DNA from: Paraspadella gotoi
Lineage: Eukaryota > Animalia > Chaetognatha
NCBI GenBank assembly: GCA_051294375.1
Contig: CM119268.1
Location: 1,462,549-1,526,548, forward strand
DNA: 64,000 bases
Direction of reading: 5' to 3'
The notes under the pieces were generated by a model. It was not told the DNA's origin. It saw only the letters and a list, made by a program, of their open reading frames with translations, and made no database searches. Both the position numbers and the translations under genes were made by a program. How positions within the stretch are numbered: position 1 is the stretch's first letter; each line of letters opens with the position of its first letter. Below, piece by piece: positions 14,317 through 26,146 of the stretch.

Positions 14317-16114
14317 TCACGGAGATTTTCTTTTGTTAGGAGGACGAAACAAAAGGAGGAAGGAGGAAGAAAATGGATGGAGGAACCTGAGAGAAGTAAA
14401 AAGAAAATAAGAAAATGGAGGACGGAGAAAGAGAAAAAGAAAAAAAAGGAACCTGAGAGAAGTAAAAAAAGAAGAAAAAGAAGGAAGGAGGAAGAGGAAA
14501 AAAAAGGAAAAAACCTGAAAGAAAAGAAAAGGAGAAAAGAAGAAAAAGAAGAAAAAGTGAGACTTGAAAGTCGACTCTTGGAAAATACAAAGAAGAAAAA
14601 GAAAAAGAAGAAAAAGAAGAAAAAGAAAAAGAAGAAAAAGAAAAAGAAGAAAAAGAAGAAAAAGAAGAAAAAGAAGAGAATTGAAAAACGGAGATGAATC
14701 GATTTAATATCCGCGCGATACCAAAATCCTTGGAATTTTGAAAGAACAACTTAATTTTCAACGAGAGGGAATGAGAGAGAGAGAGAGAGAGAGGGGGAGA
14801 GAGAGAGAGAGAGAGACTCTTACACACTTAAAATCAATATCATCCTCAAGAGAGACAAAGTCTTTGCGTTAAGTGAGACAATTGGAATAATTACGAGGCA
14901 CAATAAGAAACACCCATCCTTACAAAACCGTCGACCGAATGCAATTGCGTGCAATTTGAGCAAAGAAAATTGTTTCTCACGGCCAAGAACGGGAGTGTGA
15001 GCAGAGACACCAATGAAGACATTGCAATGACTCAAAAGATGACGACGACGACGACCCAATCAACTCACTCAACCGTTTAGTGGATCAAACATTCTCACCC
15101 ACTCAACCGCTTACTTACCCTTTACCAAATTGTTAAATGTTTGCGCTTGATTATGATTTTTATTTTCTATTTGACAGGTTAAGGTTTTTTTTTATTCTAA
15201 TTTTAGTTTTAATTTTAGTAATAATTAGTAGTAATTAGTGTAAAAGTGGAAAGTGAAAGTCGATTAAGAAGTCAGTCAGTCGAAAAGAGAAACGAGTTAA
15301 GAAAAACCACACTCTGTCGTTATTGGCAACAAATAAATATGTTGCCGCTTTTGACCTTGACCTAAACTCGGGGGCGAGAAAGAACTGGGGTGGATNNNNN
15401 NNNNNNNNNNNNNNNNNNNNNNNNNNNNNNNNNNNNNNNNNNNNNNNNNNNNNNNNNNNNNNNNNNNNNNNNNNNNNNNNNNNNNNNNNNNNNNNNNNNN
15501 NNNNNNNNNNNNNNNNNNNNNNNNNNNNNNNNNNNNNNNNNNNNNNNNNNNNNNNNNNNNNNNNNNNNNNNNNNNNNNNNNNNNNNNNNNNNNNNNNNNN
15601 NNNNNNNNNNNNNNNNNNNNNNNNNNNNNNNNNNNNNNNNNNNNNNNNNNNNNNNNNNNNNNNNNNNNNNNNNNNNNNNNNNNNNNNNNNNNNNNNNNNN
15701 NNNNNNNNNNNNNNNNNNNNNNNNNNTTTTTCATTGCGCCGCGAGTAAATATTAATTCAATATTAATTCATTAATATTAATTAATATTAATATTATTTGA
15801 ATTTCGTAGGAGTTTTATAAATTAAATCACGTTTAGACTATGAAATTAAAGTGAAAACGCGATTTTTAAAAGAATTCAAGTCTCAATTTACGCGGGAGAT
15901 TTTGAGTCGAAAGTTAAAAAGATTTGAAGATTTAAATTCACATCGATTCGAAGTTAAAAAGATCTGAGTGAACGAGACTCAAAATTCGGTTGCATCGAGC
16001 GCCTCTAGCGGACCCAATTGGAATCTCGCTTTCCTCCAAATCCGTCATCTCATCTGCATATATCGGCGTGGTTTTGACGCCCCAGTGAATGGGATGCAAA
16101 CACGGGTTATTGGA

Positions 16115-16146
<32 letters not shown>

Positions 16147-16589
16147 AANNNNNNNNNNNNNNNNNNNNNNNNNNNNNNNNNNNNNNNNNNNNNNNNNNNN
16201 NNNNNNNNNNNNNNNNNNNNNNNNNNNNNNNNNNNNNNNNNNNNNNNNNNNNNNNNNNNNNNNNNNNNNNNNNNNNNNNNNNNNNNNNNNNNNNNNNNNN
16301 NNNNNNNNNNNNNNNNNNNNNNNNNNNNNNNNNNNNNNNNNNNNNNNNNNNNNNNNNNNNNNNNNNNNNNNNNNNNNNNNNNNNNNNNNNNNNNNNNGAA
16401 TGAATGAATGAATGAATGAATGAATGAATGAAAGGATAAATAAATAAAGAAACATAGAGAGAAAGAAAGAAAGAAAGGAATATGGAAAAGAAGAAAGCGA
16501 TAGAATGAAAGGACAGGGATAAAAAATAAATAAAGAAAGAAAAAAAAGAAGGAAAGAAATAATAGATTACGTTCTAATTCTAATTCTCC
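9410..16589 (+). repeat. ~3.4 kb direct duplication (9410-12856 vs 13500-16589)
   Basis: The copies are colinear and near-identical, differing mostly by small indels. Both include the ~33-bp GTGGCGCGAATTGGCGCACAGTGGCGTGATGTGGCAAGA-type minisatellite (9700-9930; 13820-14030). Confidence 0.9.
12857..13499. mobile_element. LTR-like insertion present in only one copy of the duplication
   Basis: Starts TGTTACG exactly where copy 1 departs from copy 2 (..TTCTCC|TGTT vs ..TTCTCC|CATA) and ends in CA. No coding domain is visible. Confidence 0.35.
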
Positions 16590-16609
16590 CATATCCATAT
16601 TCCTTTTCT

Positions 16610-16641
<32 letters not shown>

Positions 16642-17008
16642 NNNNNNNNNNNNNNNNNNNNNNNNNNNNNNNNNNNNNNNNNNNNNNNNNNNNNNNNNNN
16701 NNNNNNNNNNNNNNNNNNNNNNNNNNNNNNNNNNNNNNNNNNNNNNNNNNNNNNNNNNCTCTCTCTCTCTCTCTCCCTTTCTCGTCTCGGTAGTTCTCAG
16801 TCTCGACCTTGCCATTTTGTCCATAATGATTAATGCTTTTTCTGCTCTGATCTCAACGTTTTTTTCATTTTTTTATCTTTGCTATTTTGTTTTTATGAAG
16901 TCTCGATGCGGAAAAAGGGAGAATATAAATCGGGCGCCGTTGCTTGCTTCGTACTAGCATGGCCTATTTTTTATACAATCAGTGAAAAAGAAAGTGAAAG
17001 AGAGAAAA

Positions 17009-17078
<70 letters not shown>

Positions 17079-17339
17079 GATGAATTTTTGGAAACGTTCT
17101 ACTATGTTTTACAATTCATTTCGACATTGAAACTTTTAACTCCAAAACCCGACATATTGTACTTGTGCAGTGAAGAGCTTCAAAGGCGCGTCGTCGGCAT
17201 TTCGACGTCTACACTCTACAGCATCAGTGAAATTTCACAGCATAAATCCTCCCGAGTCCCGTTTCCGCCGAGTCTCGTGTTTGTGAACGAGTGAAGCGAG
17301 ATTCTCGCTTCGCTTCTCACGAAAACCAAAAGCGTCAAA

Positions 17340-17812
17340 GATGACGTCGATGAAGTCGTCGTCGTCGTCGTCTTTGTAGTCGTTTTCGTCGTCGATGTAG
17401 TCGTCGTCGTTGTCGTCTTCATCGTCGATGTCGTCATCGTCATTGTCGTCGATGAAGTTGTCGTCTTCATCGTCATTGTCTTTGTAGTCGTCTTCATCAT
17501 CGATGAAGTCGTTGTCGTCGTCGTAGTCGTCGTCTTTGTAGTCGTTTTCATTGTCGATGTAGTCATTGTAGTCGTCTTCATCATCATCATCTTTGTAGTC
17601 ATTTTCATCGTCGATGAAGTCGTCGTCGTTGTAGTCATCTTCATCGTCGATGTAGTAGTCGTCGTTGTCGTCGATGAAGTCGTCGTCTTTATCGTCGTAG
17701 TCTTTGTAGTCATTTTCGTCGTTGTCATCGTCGTTATAGTCATCGTCGTCGTCATCGTCGTTGTAGTATTCGTTGTCGTTGTCTATGTCGTCGTCGTCAT
17801 CGTATTTTATCA
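17340..17812. repeat. Degenerate (GTC/ATC/GTA)n trinucleotide satellite
   Basis: Higher-order repeats such as TCATCGTCGATGAAGTCGTCG and GTCTTTGTAGTC give the Asp- or Thr-rich pseudo-ORFs. Confidence 0.85.
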
Positions 17813-18190
17813 TCGACTTTGGTGCCGTCGCGTTCAATTTTTGTCTAATTTCAATTTAAAAAAATTGATAATAATAATTTATGTAAGTATAGATGATAAG
17901 GAATAAATCAAACTAACCGATAAATTTTATTAACATGTTAACAAGTTAACATGTAGAAAGACATTATTTAAACAACCAAAAATATTTATAACTTTTAGAT
18001 CGCGAGCAACGGAATTAGAAGGAGTTTAGTTTCTGGGTTCAAACTTTGATTTTAATTTCAAAATTTTCCTAAAAAAACAAAAGGTATTCATCAGTGAGTT
18101 TTTTGAAACCTTCTGCGCTCCTAGCGGGATTTTCTTTTTTTTTTACTGATGAACAGCGGATGAAAAAAAAAGACAAAAGATTCCGACTCC

Positions 18191-18228
<38 letters not shown>

Positions 18229-18626
18229 AGAATCAATAAGAAAAAGTCGATATTTTTCTTGGCGAAAAAGAGAAAAAAAATCGGACTGAACATCCGAGTT
18301 GCGGAAAAAAGGGGAAAAAAAGGAAAAAAGGAAGAGGGGAAAGAGGAAAATAAAGAGGAAAGGAAGAGGAAAGAAAGGAAAGGAGGAAGAAAGGAAAGGA
18401 GAAAGGAAGGAAAGTTTTCTTTTTATTTCTTTTTCTTTTTCTAACTTTTTTTTCCTTCAAATAAAAAAAAAATCTTCTTCTCCTCTGCTCTCCTTCTCTC
18501 TCTCTCCTCTCTTCTCTCTCACTCATCTTCCCTCTCTCTCTCTCTCTCTCTCTCCTCTCTCTCCTCTCTCTCTCTCTCACAGTTCTAATTCTGTCTTCCT
18601 CCTCTCTCTCTCCTCTTCTCTCTCCC

Positions 18627-18674
<48 letters not shown>

Positions 18675-19726
18675 GTCTAATTTTCCGTTCCTCTCTCCCT
18701 TCTTCAACCTGTCTCTAGCATTAATCAATTTTCCCTTCTTTCTTCTCAGATCCAACTTTCACCCTTTTTTTGTGAAAAACTTGATTTTCTTTCACGCGAC
18801 CCAAGTTAATGAAATTGTCAGGAGCGGTACACTCAGTCAACGTTCGTCTCAGCATTGCAGCCTCTGCAATTCAACTTTCTAGACTTGGCCATTTTCTCTC
18901 ACGAAACTAAAGCTGCGCCCCTGATCAAACTGGTCTTTTTTGATGCGCCCGACAGTTCGACAGTCCAACAGTCCAACAGTCCAACAGTCCAACAGTCCAA
19001 CAGTCCAACAGTCCAACAACCCTCTTTAGAGTCCTTATATTGCAGCTCTTTTCTTTTCTCCCTATATCTGCAAGTCCCTTTGCTTAAACCCATTGCTTTC
19101 CTTTTGATTTTCAAGTTCATCGTCCCCTCATTTCTATCATCTCTTCTCTCATTCCCTCTCTTCTATCACTGCCTCTCTACTATCATTCTCTCTCTTTCAT
19201 CATTTCCTCTCTTCTATCATATCCTTTTATCATACCCTCTTCTTTCTCCATCAATAAGTCATTCGGATTCCATTTTCGTTTCCCGCTGTCACTAATGTTC
19301 ACTCCAGTTCACTGGTCACAGCCTCAAAGCCTCACAGCCTTAAAGCCTCACAGCCTCACAGTATCGTCTAATATTAATCTCGTGATTTAATTGTTCATCT
19401 TTTGTCGAAGTCACCGAATCTTCCTGATGTGGTGGTGGTATATTCACACCGCCTCAAATCAAGTTTGATTGAGCCAATTCCATTGNNNNNNNNNNATTCC
19501 ATTGGCTCAGAGAGGAACGCTTCATCCCAAGCATTACATTCCATCCACAGTCCTAACTATTTCCATCTGTGTTGGCATAGCGAGAACGTCCAAATACCAC
19601 CAGTAACATCCCAATGGGCATCACAGGCAACCCGGCTGTTGCGATACTGATCAATTTTCCCATTATGAATATTGAATAAAAGTCAGCCCTTTTCACTAGC
19701 GACATTCCCGCCTCACCGAACCTTAT

Positions 19727-19828
<102 letters not shown>

Positions 19829-20445
19829 ATTCACTAACTTCAACCATTTTTTTTCACAAAAACGAGAAATTTGCCAGGATTTTCACAATTCTCCTTCTCC
19901 TCTCTTCACTTTTTGTCACCTTTTTTCACTATCTTCCTTCCCCCCCCCGTCTCAAAGCCACACGTAATCACTCTATAATGTGAAACAAAAACAACATAAC
20001 CTTATTCACGGAAATTTTTTCGAAACAAAAACAACATAACTTATTTTTTTTCCAAACCGGAAATTTTTTTTTTTTTTTTTTTTCGTTTTTTTTGCGGGGG
20101 GACGACGACGCACGACGACGACGACGACGGTGACGACGACGACGACGGTGACGACGACTACGAGTCCAAAAAAATACAGTGAGAAACGATGTTTCGGCGG
20201 AAGAAAGATCTCCAGAGAAATATTTAAAAGCAAACTATAAATTCGTCGTCGCCTAAAGATTTTTAATTTCTAAAAATGAGTCACTTAAATTAAGACCAAT
20301 TTTATCGTAATATTAGCGATTAAATATCCATCAGATTTTTAAATATTTATATAATTTAAATTTAAATATCCATAAGTATTTTTAATACAAGTTAAACGTT
20401 TTCAATTTTTCTTTATCTTCCCACTTTTTTTTTTTTGTTTGTTTG

Positions 20446-20757
20446 TTTTTAGTTGCGCCGCGAGTACTCGCGGAGCAACTCTATAAGTTACTTTTCGGTC
20501 GGTCAGTCGGTCGGTCTGTCGGTCGGTATGTCTGTCCGTCGATCTGTCCCACTTACGTTTAAAATGCATATATTCGCCTATAGTTGGTTGCTCATTTGTT
20601 AAGACGGGAAAAAACCTTAAAAATAAGGAACTTTTAGCACCGCCTTTAAGAAATCTTGAAAACTATAAGAAACAAAAGACGGTAATTTTACAAATTGAAA
20701 TTCCAATTGAAAGTCACTGCGACGCAACATATATCACCGTTCACGTTCCTTTTTTTT
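20446..20757 (+). mobile_element. Helentron-associated non-autonomous element (HINE/DINE-1-like)
   Basis: T-run flanks; 30-bp near-perfect palindrome AGTTGCGCCGCGAGTACTCGCGGAGCAACT (20451-20480); (GTCG/GTCT)n microsatellite; 3' subterminal inverted repeat GCGACGCAAC (~20719-20728). Confidence 0.6.
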
Positions 20758-21079
20758 CACTTAAAACTAAGGGGGGAATTTTTGTTTACACTCAGGAGCC
20801 AATTCCGTGATGCCTGATGCCGTCGATGTAATCAGCTTTTCTCTTCGTTCCTTCGGGACGGCGCTCAACGCAACCCGTTCAGTTCACTCTCACTTTCACA
20901 TTCTCACAAACCACCCTTTCTTTTCAACCCCATCATTCGCCAGGCCAGTCGCCATGCCATCGACCGACCGGATGCCAAACCATTCACTGGTTCAGTGCCA
21001 TTGCCATTCAATTCATTTCCAAATTTTTCTCACATTTTTTTTTATCTTTTCTCACATTTTTTTTTTATTCATGGGCTTG

Positions 21080-21312
21080 GCATTCTTCCTGCCTTCCATC
21101 AGTTCTCCCAACCATCCGCTTCTCCATTCTCCCTGACTTCCATCAGTTCTCCCAACCATCTGCTTCTCCGTTTTCCCTGCCTTCTATCAGTTCTTCCATC
21201 CACTTCGCATTCTCCCTGCCTTCCATCAGTTCTCCCAACCATCAGCTTCTCTGTTCTGCCAGCCTTCCATCAGTTCTCCCAACCATCCGCTTCTCCGTTC
21301 TCCCTGGCTTCC
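21080..21312. repeat. ~44-bp tandem repeat
   Basis: CTGCCTTCCATCAGTTCTCCCAACCATCCGCTTCTCC.TTCTCC, about 5 units. Confidence 0.85.
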
Positions 21313-21350
<38 letters not shown>

Positions 21351-21458
21351 AGTAAGACAAAGCAAATGAAGGACAAAATATAAACAAAAAAGTATGTAAA
21401 AAGGGAAATAAAGAAAGAAAGAAAGAAAAAATAAAGAAATAAAGAAATAAATAAATAA

Positions 21459-21546
<88 letters not shown>

Positions 21547-21630
21547 AGAAGTAAAGATAGAAAAAAATAAAGAAAGAAATAAAGAAAGATAGAAATAAAT
21601 AAGTAAATAAAGAAAGAAAGAAGTAAAGAT

Positions 21631-21713
<83 letters not shown>

Positions 21714-22063
21714 ACAGTTATAAAAAACGAACGAAACGAATCAAAAGGAAACGAGCCAGGCAAAACAGGTTACCAATCAACAAGCCATCCAACCAACCAG
21801 CCAGCCAATCCAACCAACCAGCCGGCCCAGGTGTCCTGCAACCGAATCACGACTGCGAAGCCTCTCGCTCACTCTCGGCTCCCAGAGCGAATACGAGCGA
21901 GGATGGGATCCCAGAATATCGTCCAATCAGAGTCGAAGATCAACGAGAAAGAACGAGGCTTGCGTCCAATCAGGAAGCAGAAAACCGGCGTGGCGACCAA
22001 TCGGAGGACGGGACGAGACACGAGGCGTGGCCCGTATCGGAGGAGGAACAGCATGAGGGGGAA

Positions 22064-22153
<90 letters not shown>

Positions 22154-22845
22154 AAACAACTTCACATTCCGGGACAGTCCAATAAAAGAGAAAAAAAATG
22201 AGAAAAATTAAGAAATAGAAGAAAGAAAAATGGAAAGGCGAGGAACAGAGCAAAAACGAGCTTTTCTCCGTGAGAAAGACAGATAGACAGACAGACAGAC
22301 AGAACGACAGAAGACCAGACTTTTCCATTTTTTTTTCTCTCTCAAGAAGAAAAAACGTGAGAGGTCGACCACCGTGAGAAATAATGGCCGATTTGTGAAA
22401 CCGTTAGATTGTGAAACCGTGAGATTAAATTGCGAAACAAGAAGAAATTAAATTCCTTTATTATTTTTTTTTTTAGAAATAAATCAGCCGCTAACAAACA
22501 AAGTGTGGCTAAAACTATATATAAAAAAAACAAATAAAAATTTTTTTTTACCTCTTTAATTCATTATATTTAAAGCGTTATTAAAAGTGAAAAGAAAAAA
22601 AAAAACATCAATATTTCATCCCCCCCCTCAAAATCTTGTCGATCGCTCCTCCTCTTCCCCCTTCTCCTTTACCCCCCCCCCACACCCCCCCCTTACCACC
22701 TCAATTCCTTCTATCCCACTTTTTTCTTATTCTTCGCGTCGTACTCCGCCACCATTTTTCGATGGGGCGGACCGCTCAGGGGGGAAATTCTTTTCCTTGT
22801 AGCTTCCTCGTGTTTTCAGGCCCTGAAGGATTATTATTATTATTA

Positions 22846-22885
<40 letters not shown>

Positions 22886-22982
22886 TATTATTATTATATT
22901 ATTATATTATTATTTTTCCAGTCCTGAAGGATATTATAAGTTTGGTTGGTATCGCGAGTCGTCGTCGTTTTCGTCGCGTCGT

Positions 22983-24256
22983 TCAGTCGTCATCATCGTC
23001 GTCGTGTTCTTAAATCGTTGGTGTTTAGAAGATTTTTTTTTTTTTGGGGGGGGGGCTTTCCTTATTTTGGGGGGCTTTCTTTTTCAGAAGCAAACCCATT
23101 AAATTAATAGTTACGTTTAAAAATATATTTTTGGGATTAGGGAGAAAAATTAGATTAGAGATGCAGGATTAAAATTTTTTTTACACGGGCATTATGGGAG
23201 AGAAATTATAGATTAGGATGAAGGATTAAATTATATAAATGCTCATTTGAGGAGATGTTAGGGCAAGAGAAATTAGATTAGGATGAAGGATTAAAAATTA
23301 TTTGAGGGATTAGGGAGAGAAATTAGATTAGGATGAAAGATTAAAAATTATTTATGGGATTAGGGAAAGAAATTAGATTAGGATGAATGATTAAAAATTA
23401 TTTATGGGATTAGGGAAAGAAATTAGATTAGGATGAAGGATTAAAAAATATTTATGGGATTAGGGAGAGAAATTAGATTAGGATGAAAGATGAAAAATTA
23501 TTTATGAGATTAGGGAGAGAAATTAGATTAAGATGAAGGATTAAAAATTATTTATGGGATTAGGGAGAGAAATTAGATTAGGATGAAAGATTAAAAATCA
23601 TTTATGGGATTAGGGAGAGAAATTAGATTAAGATGAAGGATTAAAAATTATTTATGGGATTAAGGAGAGAAATTAGATGACATCTGCCGATGACGTGACG
23701 AAATCTCACCGAATATGTTGTTGAACTTGATGCGCTTTTGTTTCCCGTCGGGTTCCATCCCTCGTTCCGACGCGATCTCTTCCTTAGTTTTACCGCTAAA
23801 CCTCGTATTTATATCGGAGTTGGCTGTGCGAGTTTCAAAAAAAAGGGGGCAGGGGTGGGATAGGCTGGCAAGGGGGAAGGGGAAAGGGGGAAGCGCCAGG
23901 AAAGGAGGAAGCGAAAATGGGAAGGACGAAAGCGGGAAGGGGGGAAAGTGGAGGAAAGGAAGGAAGGGGAAGGAGGAAATGGGGAAGGGGGGAAATGGGA
24001 TAGGCGGAAGGAGCGAAAGGGGAAGGAGGAATGGGGAAGGAGGAATGGGGAAGTGGGAATTACGAAGAGTGTGAACGGCAGGAAAGGGGCAAGGACGACC
24101 GAAATTTGGTGGAAGTCAAATACAATGATGATAATTTTTGAAATTTCAATATTTCACCATTCATTTTTCAACCACTTTCCTCTTCTTCTCTCCCCTTAAC
24201 TTCACCTGTCCTCAATCTGACCACTGTCCTTTTCTCACTCTGTGTTGGAAGCTTTA

Positions 24257-24350
<94 letters not shown>

Positions 24351-24879
24351 ACTCAATGTTAAAGAAAAAATTTGTTATTGAAACAAACGCTGATGAAGGC
24401 TTAAAGGCAAGAGCCGAAACATGTCCAATGTGAATAAAATCGTTGTTTACAAACAAACAAACTTTGTTTTCTCTAACTAATTAAACACAACGAAAAAGAA
24501 AGGAAATAATATAATGAAAAAATAAAATAATTTAATTTATCTTTCTTTGACAATGAGCTGACGCAATATCTACAAAAATGATAGAGACAATGATAACAAC
24601 AAAGTCAATGATAAAGGAGCCGACGAAGAAAACGTTAAGTTTGTATTCGGCATCTTCAATATGTTGATTTATCAATACTTTACGCTTATTAACTCTTTAG
24701 TATTAAGTATTTTAAATTGAGGTCTAAATCTAAACAGAACTCAAAACTCAAAAGTCATGTGCTCACTAGAGAAGGTGTCGAAGGAACATCGCTCCAAAGA
24801 AGACCACGGAATTGCCCATCATGAGCACGATGGGCCATAGTTCGTAATGGCGCTTTAACCGCGGCCAAAATTTGCTCAT
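22983..24879 (-). CDS. Small single-TM NDUFA4/COXFA4/C15orf48 (B12D)-like protein, ~83 aa, 3 coding exons
   Basis: Exons 24879-24767 (MSKFWPRLKRHYELWPIVLMMGNSVVFFGAMF..., donor GTGAG), 23823-23710 (TNSDINTRFSGKTKEEIASERGMEPDGKQKRIKFNNIF; acceptor CAG, donor GTGAG) and 23008-22983 (EHDDDDDD*). The model needs removal of one base near 24782; it then totals 252 nt. The KRHYELWP-TM-NSDI pattern resembles KKHPSLIP-TM-NPDV of NDUFA4. Confidence 0.6.
23135..23680. repeat. 50-bp minisatellite, ~10 units
   Basis: Unit TAGGGAGAGAAATTAGATTAGGATGAAAGATTAAAAATTATTTATGGGAT. Confidence 0.92.
24380..24448 (+). ncRNA. Minimal type I hammerhead ribozyme-like motif (Penelope pLTR type)
   Basis: CTGATGA-A-GGCT-taaaggcaag-AGCC-GAAAC-AT-GTC (24390-24425), with palindromic ACATGT in stem III and AATAAA at 24433-24438. 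Stem I is weak. Confidence 0.5.
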
Positions 24880-25220
24880 GATTGATCCAGGTTTAAACTG
24901 CAAATACGTAAGAACCATTTGACGATTGAGGAATCGGTAAACCATGCCGTTTCTACCGTACCTATGTACTTTAAAATCCCAGGCGAAAAAAAAAGAAATA
25001 CTTAAACAGGGAGAAAAAAAATATTTTAACTCATATTTCCTTAAAACACTATCGTTCTGTCATTTAAATATTGGATTTTTCTATCGCTTAGAAATAACTA
25101 GATCGAGAAATTAGAGTAAATTATTAACTGATTTAATTATTTCACTGATACCAAAAGACCAATTCATGCGCAGATTTAAAATTAGATGCTTTTTTGTTCC
25201 GATTCGGTTTCTGGCGCGAG

Positions 25221-25271
25221 CCTCGTAGCGACCTCTTGAAGAGAATTTTAAAAACGAGTCGCTAGGGAAGC
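25221..25271. promoter_or_regulatory. Candidate RFX X-box-like sites in the bidirectional promoter
   Basis: GTCGCTAGGGAAGC (25258-25271) and CGTAGCGAC (25224-25232, reverse half-site) lie upstream of a motile-cilium gene. Both are imperfect matches. Confidence 0.35.
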
Positions 25272-25342
25272 GAAAGAAAACAAAAGATTCCTTGACGACG
25301 CAGAAACATCAAAAAAGCTTTTCGGCCCGTAGAACAAAAGAT

Positions 25343-26108
25343 ATGAAGCAACTCGCTACTTACGAATCGTAAGTAATTAATGTTAAACAACTACTAGGTT
25401 AAGAATAATTAATCGTATTTAACCTTAACAAATAACTAAAAAAAAATGTCTCTCCGCCGCGGAATCCGATCGAAACGAGCTCCGCCTTCGACGACGTCAG
25501 ACAATTCCGCCGCAACCGACGTCTCCTTAAGTCTCTCCGAAGACGGGGCAGTCGACGAGCGAGTCGAAGCCGCCGGCGACGAACTCTTCGCGCGCCGGAC
25601 AGAGTCGCTCGACGCTCCGCACGTAGCGGCGCTTGCGGCGGCGTCGCCGGAAACGCGCGCGCAGTTCGGACGCGTCGACGCAGCGAGGCTGCTGGAGAAG
25701 AGCGTGTTGGCGATCACGTTGACGCGCGCGGACGAAACGATCGTCGCTCAAGCGTCGTTCGCCGATCATCCAAACGTTGATGCGGTCGATCAGGTCTTTG
25801 TTGTCGTTGTTGTTGTCGTTGCTGTTGTATTTGATGTTGCTGTTTTACGTTTTGTTTGTCTTGTCAATGTGACATTTTATCATACGTGTGGGAACGAATC
25901 CCACATACGTTTCATTACTGTAATCCGGCGTAATGATTCATTTTTACTCATTAACTCGACTTAACATTATAATTATATTAAAATATTAAATTTCCTTTTC
26001 CAGGCTGAGTGGGAATCTTGGCTCCATCCCACTTACCCTTCTCTCGTCAAACTCACTCCGCTCAACTGCGTCTTCCTCCATTTTTTCGTCGCCGACCCCA
26101 GCGCCGCC

Positions 26109-26146
<38 letters not shown>

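Noticed and set aside
17235-17837. 200-aa Asp-rich ORF containing FLAG-like DYKDDDD motifs
   Set aside because: It is a translation of a degenerate trinucleotide satellite that is open in several frames. It lacks the final K of FLAG and has no vector context, so it is neither a tag nor a supported gene.
23135-23680. Regularly spaced repeats resembling a CRISPR array or telomere
   Set aside because: The 50-bp units are head-to-tail with no unique spacers, TTAGGG occurs only once per unit, and the context is eukaryotic and intronic.
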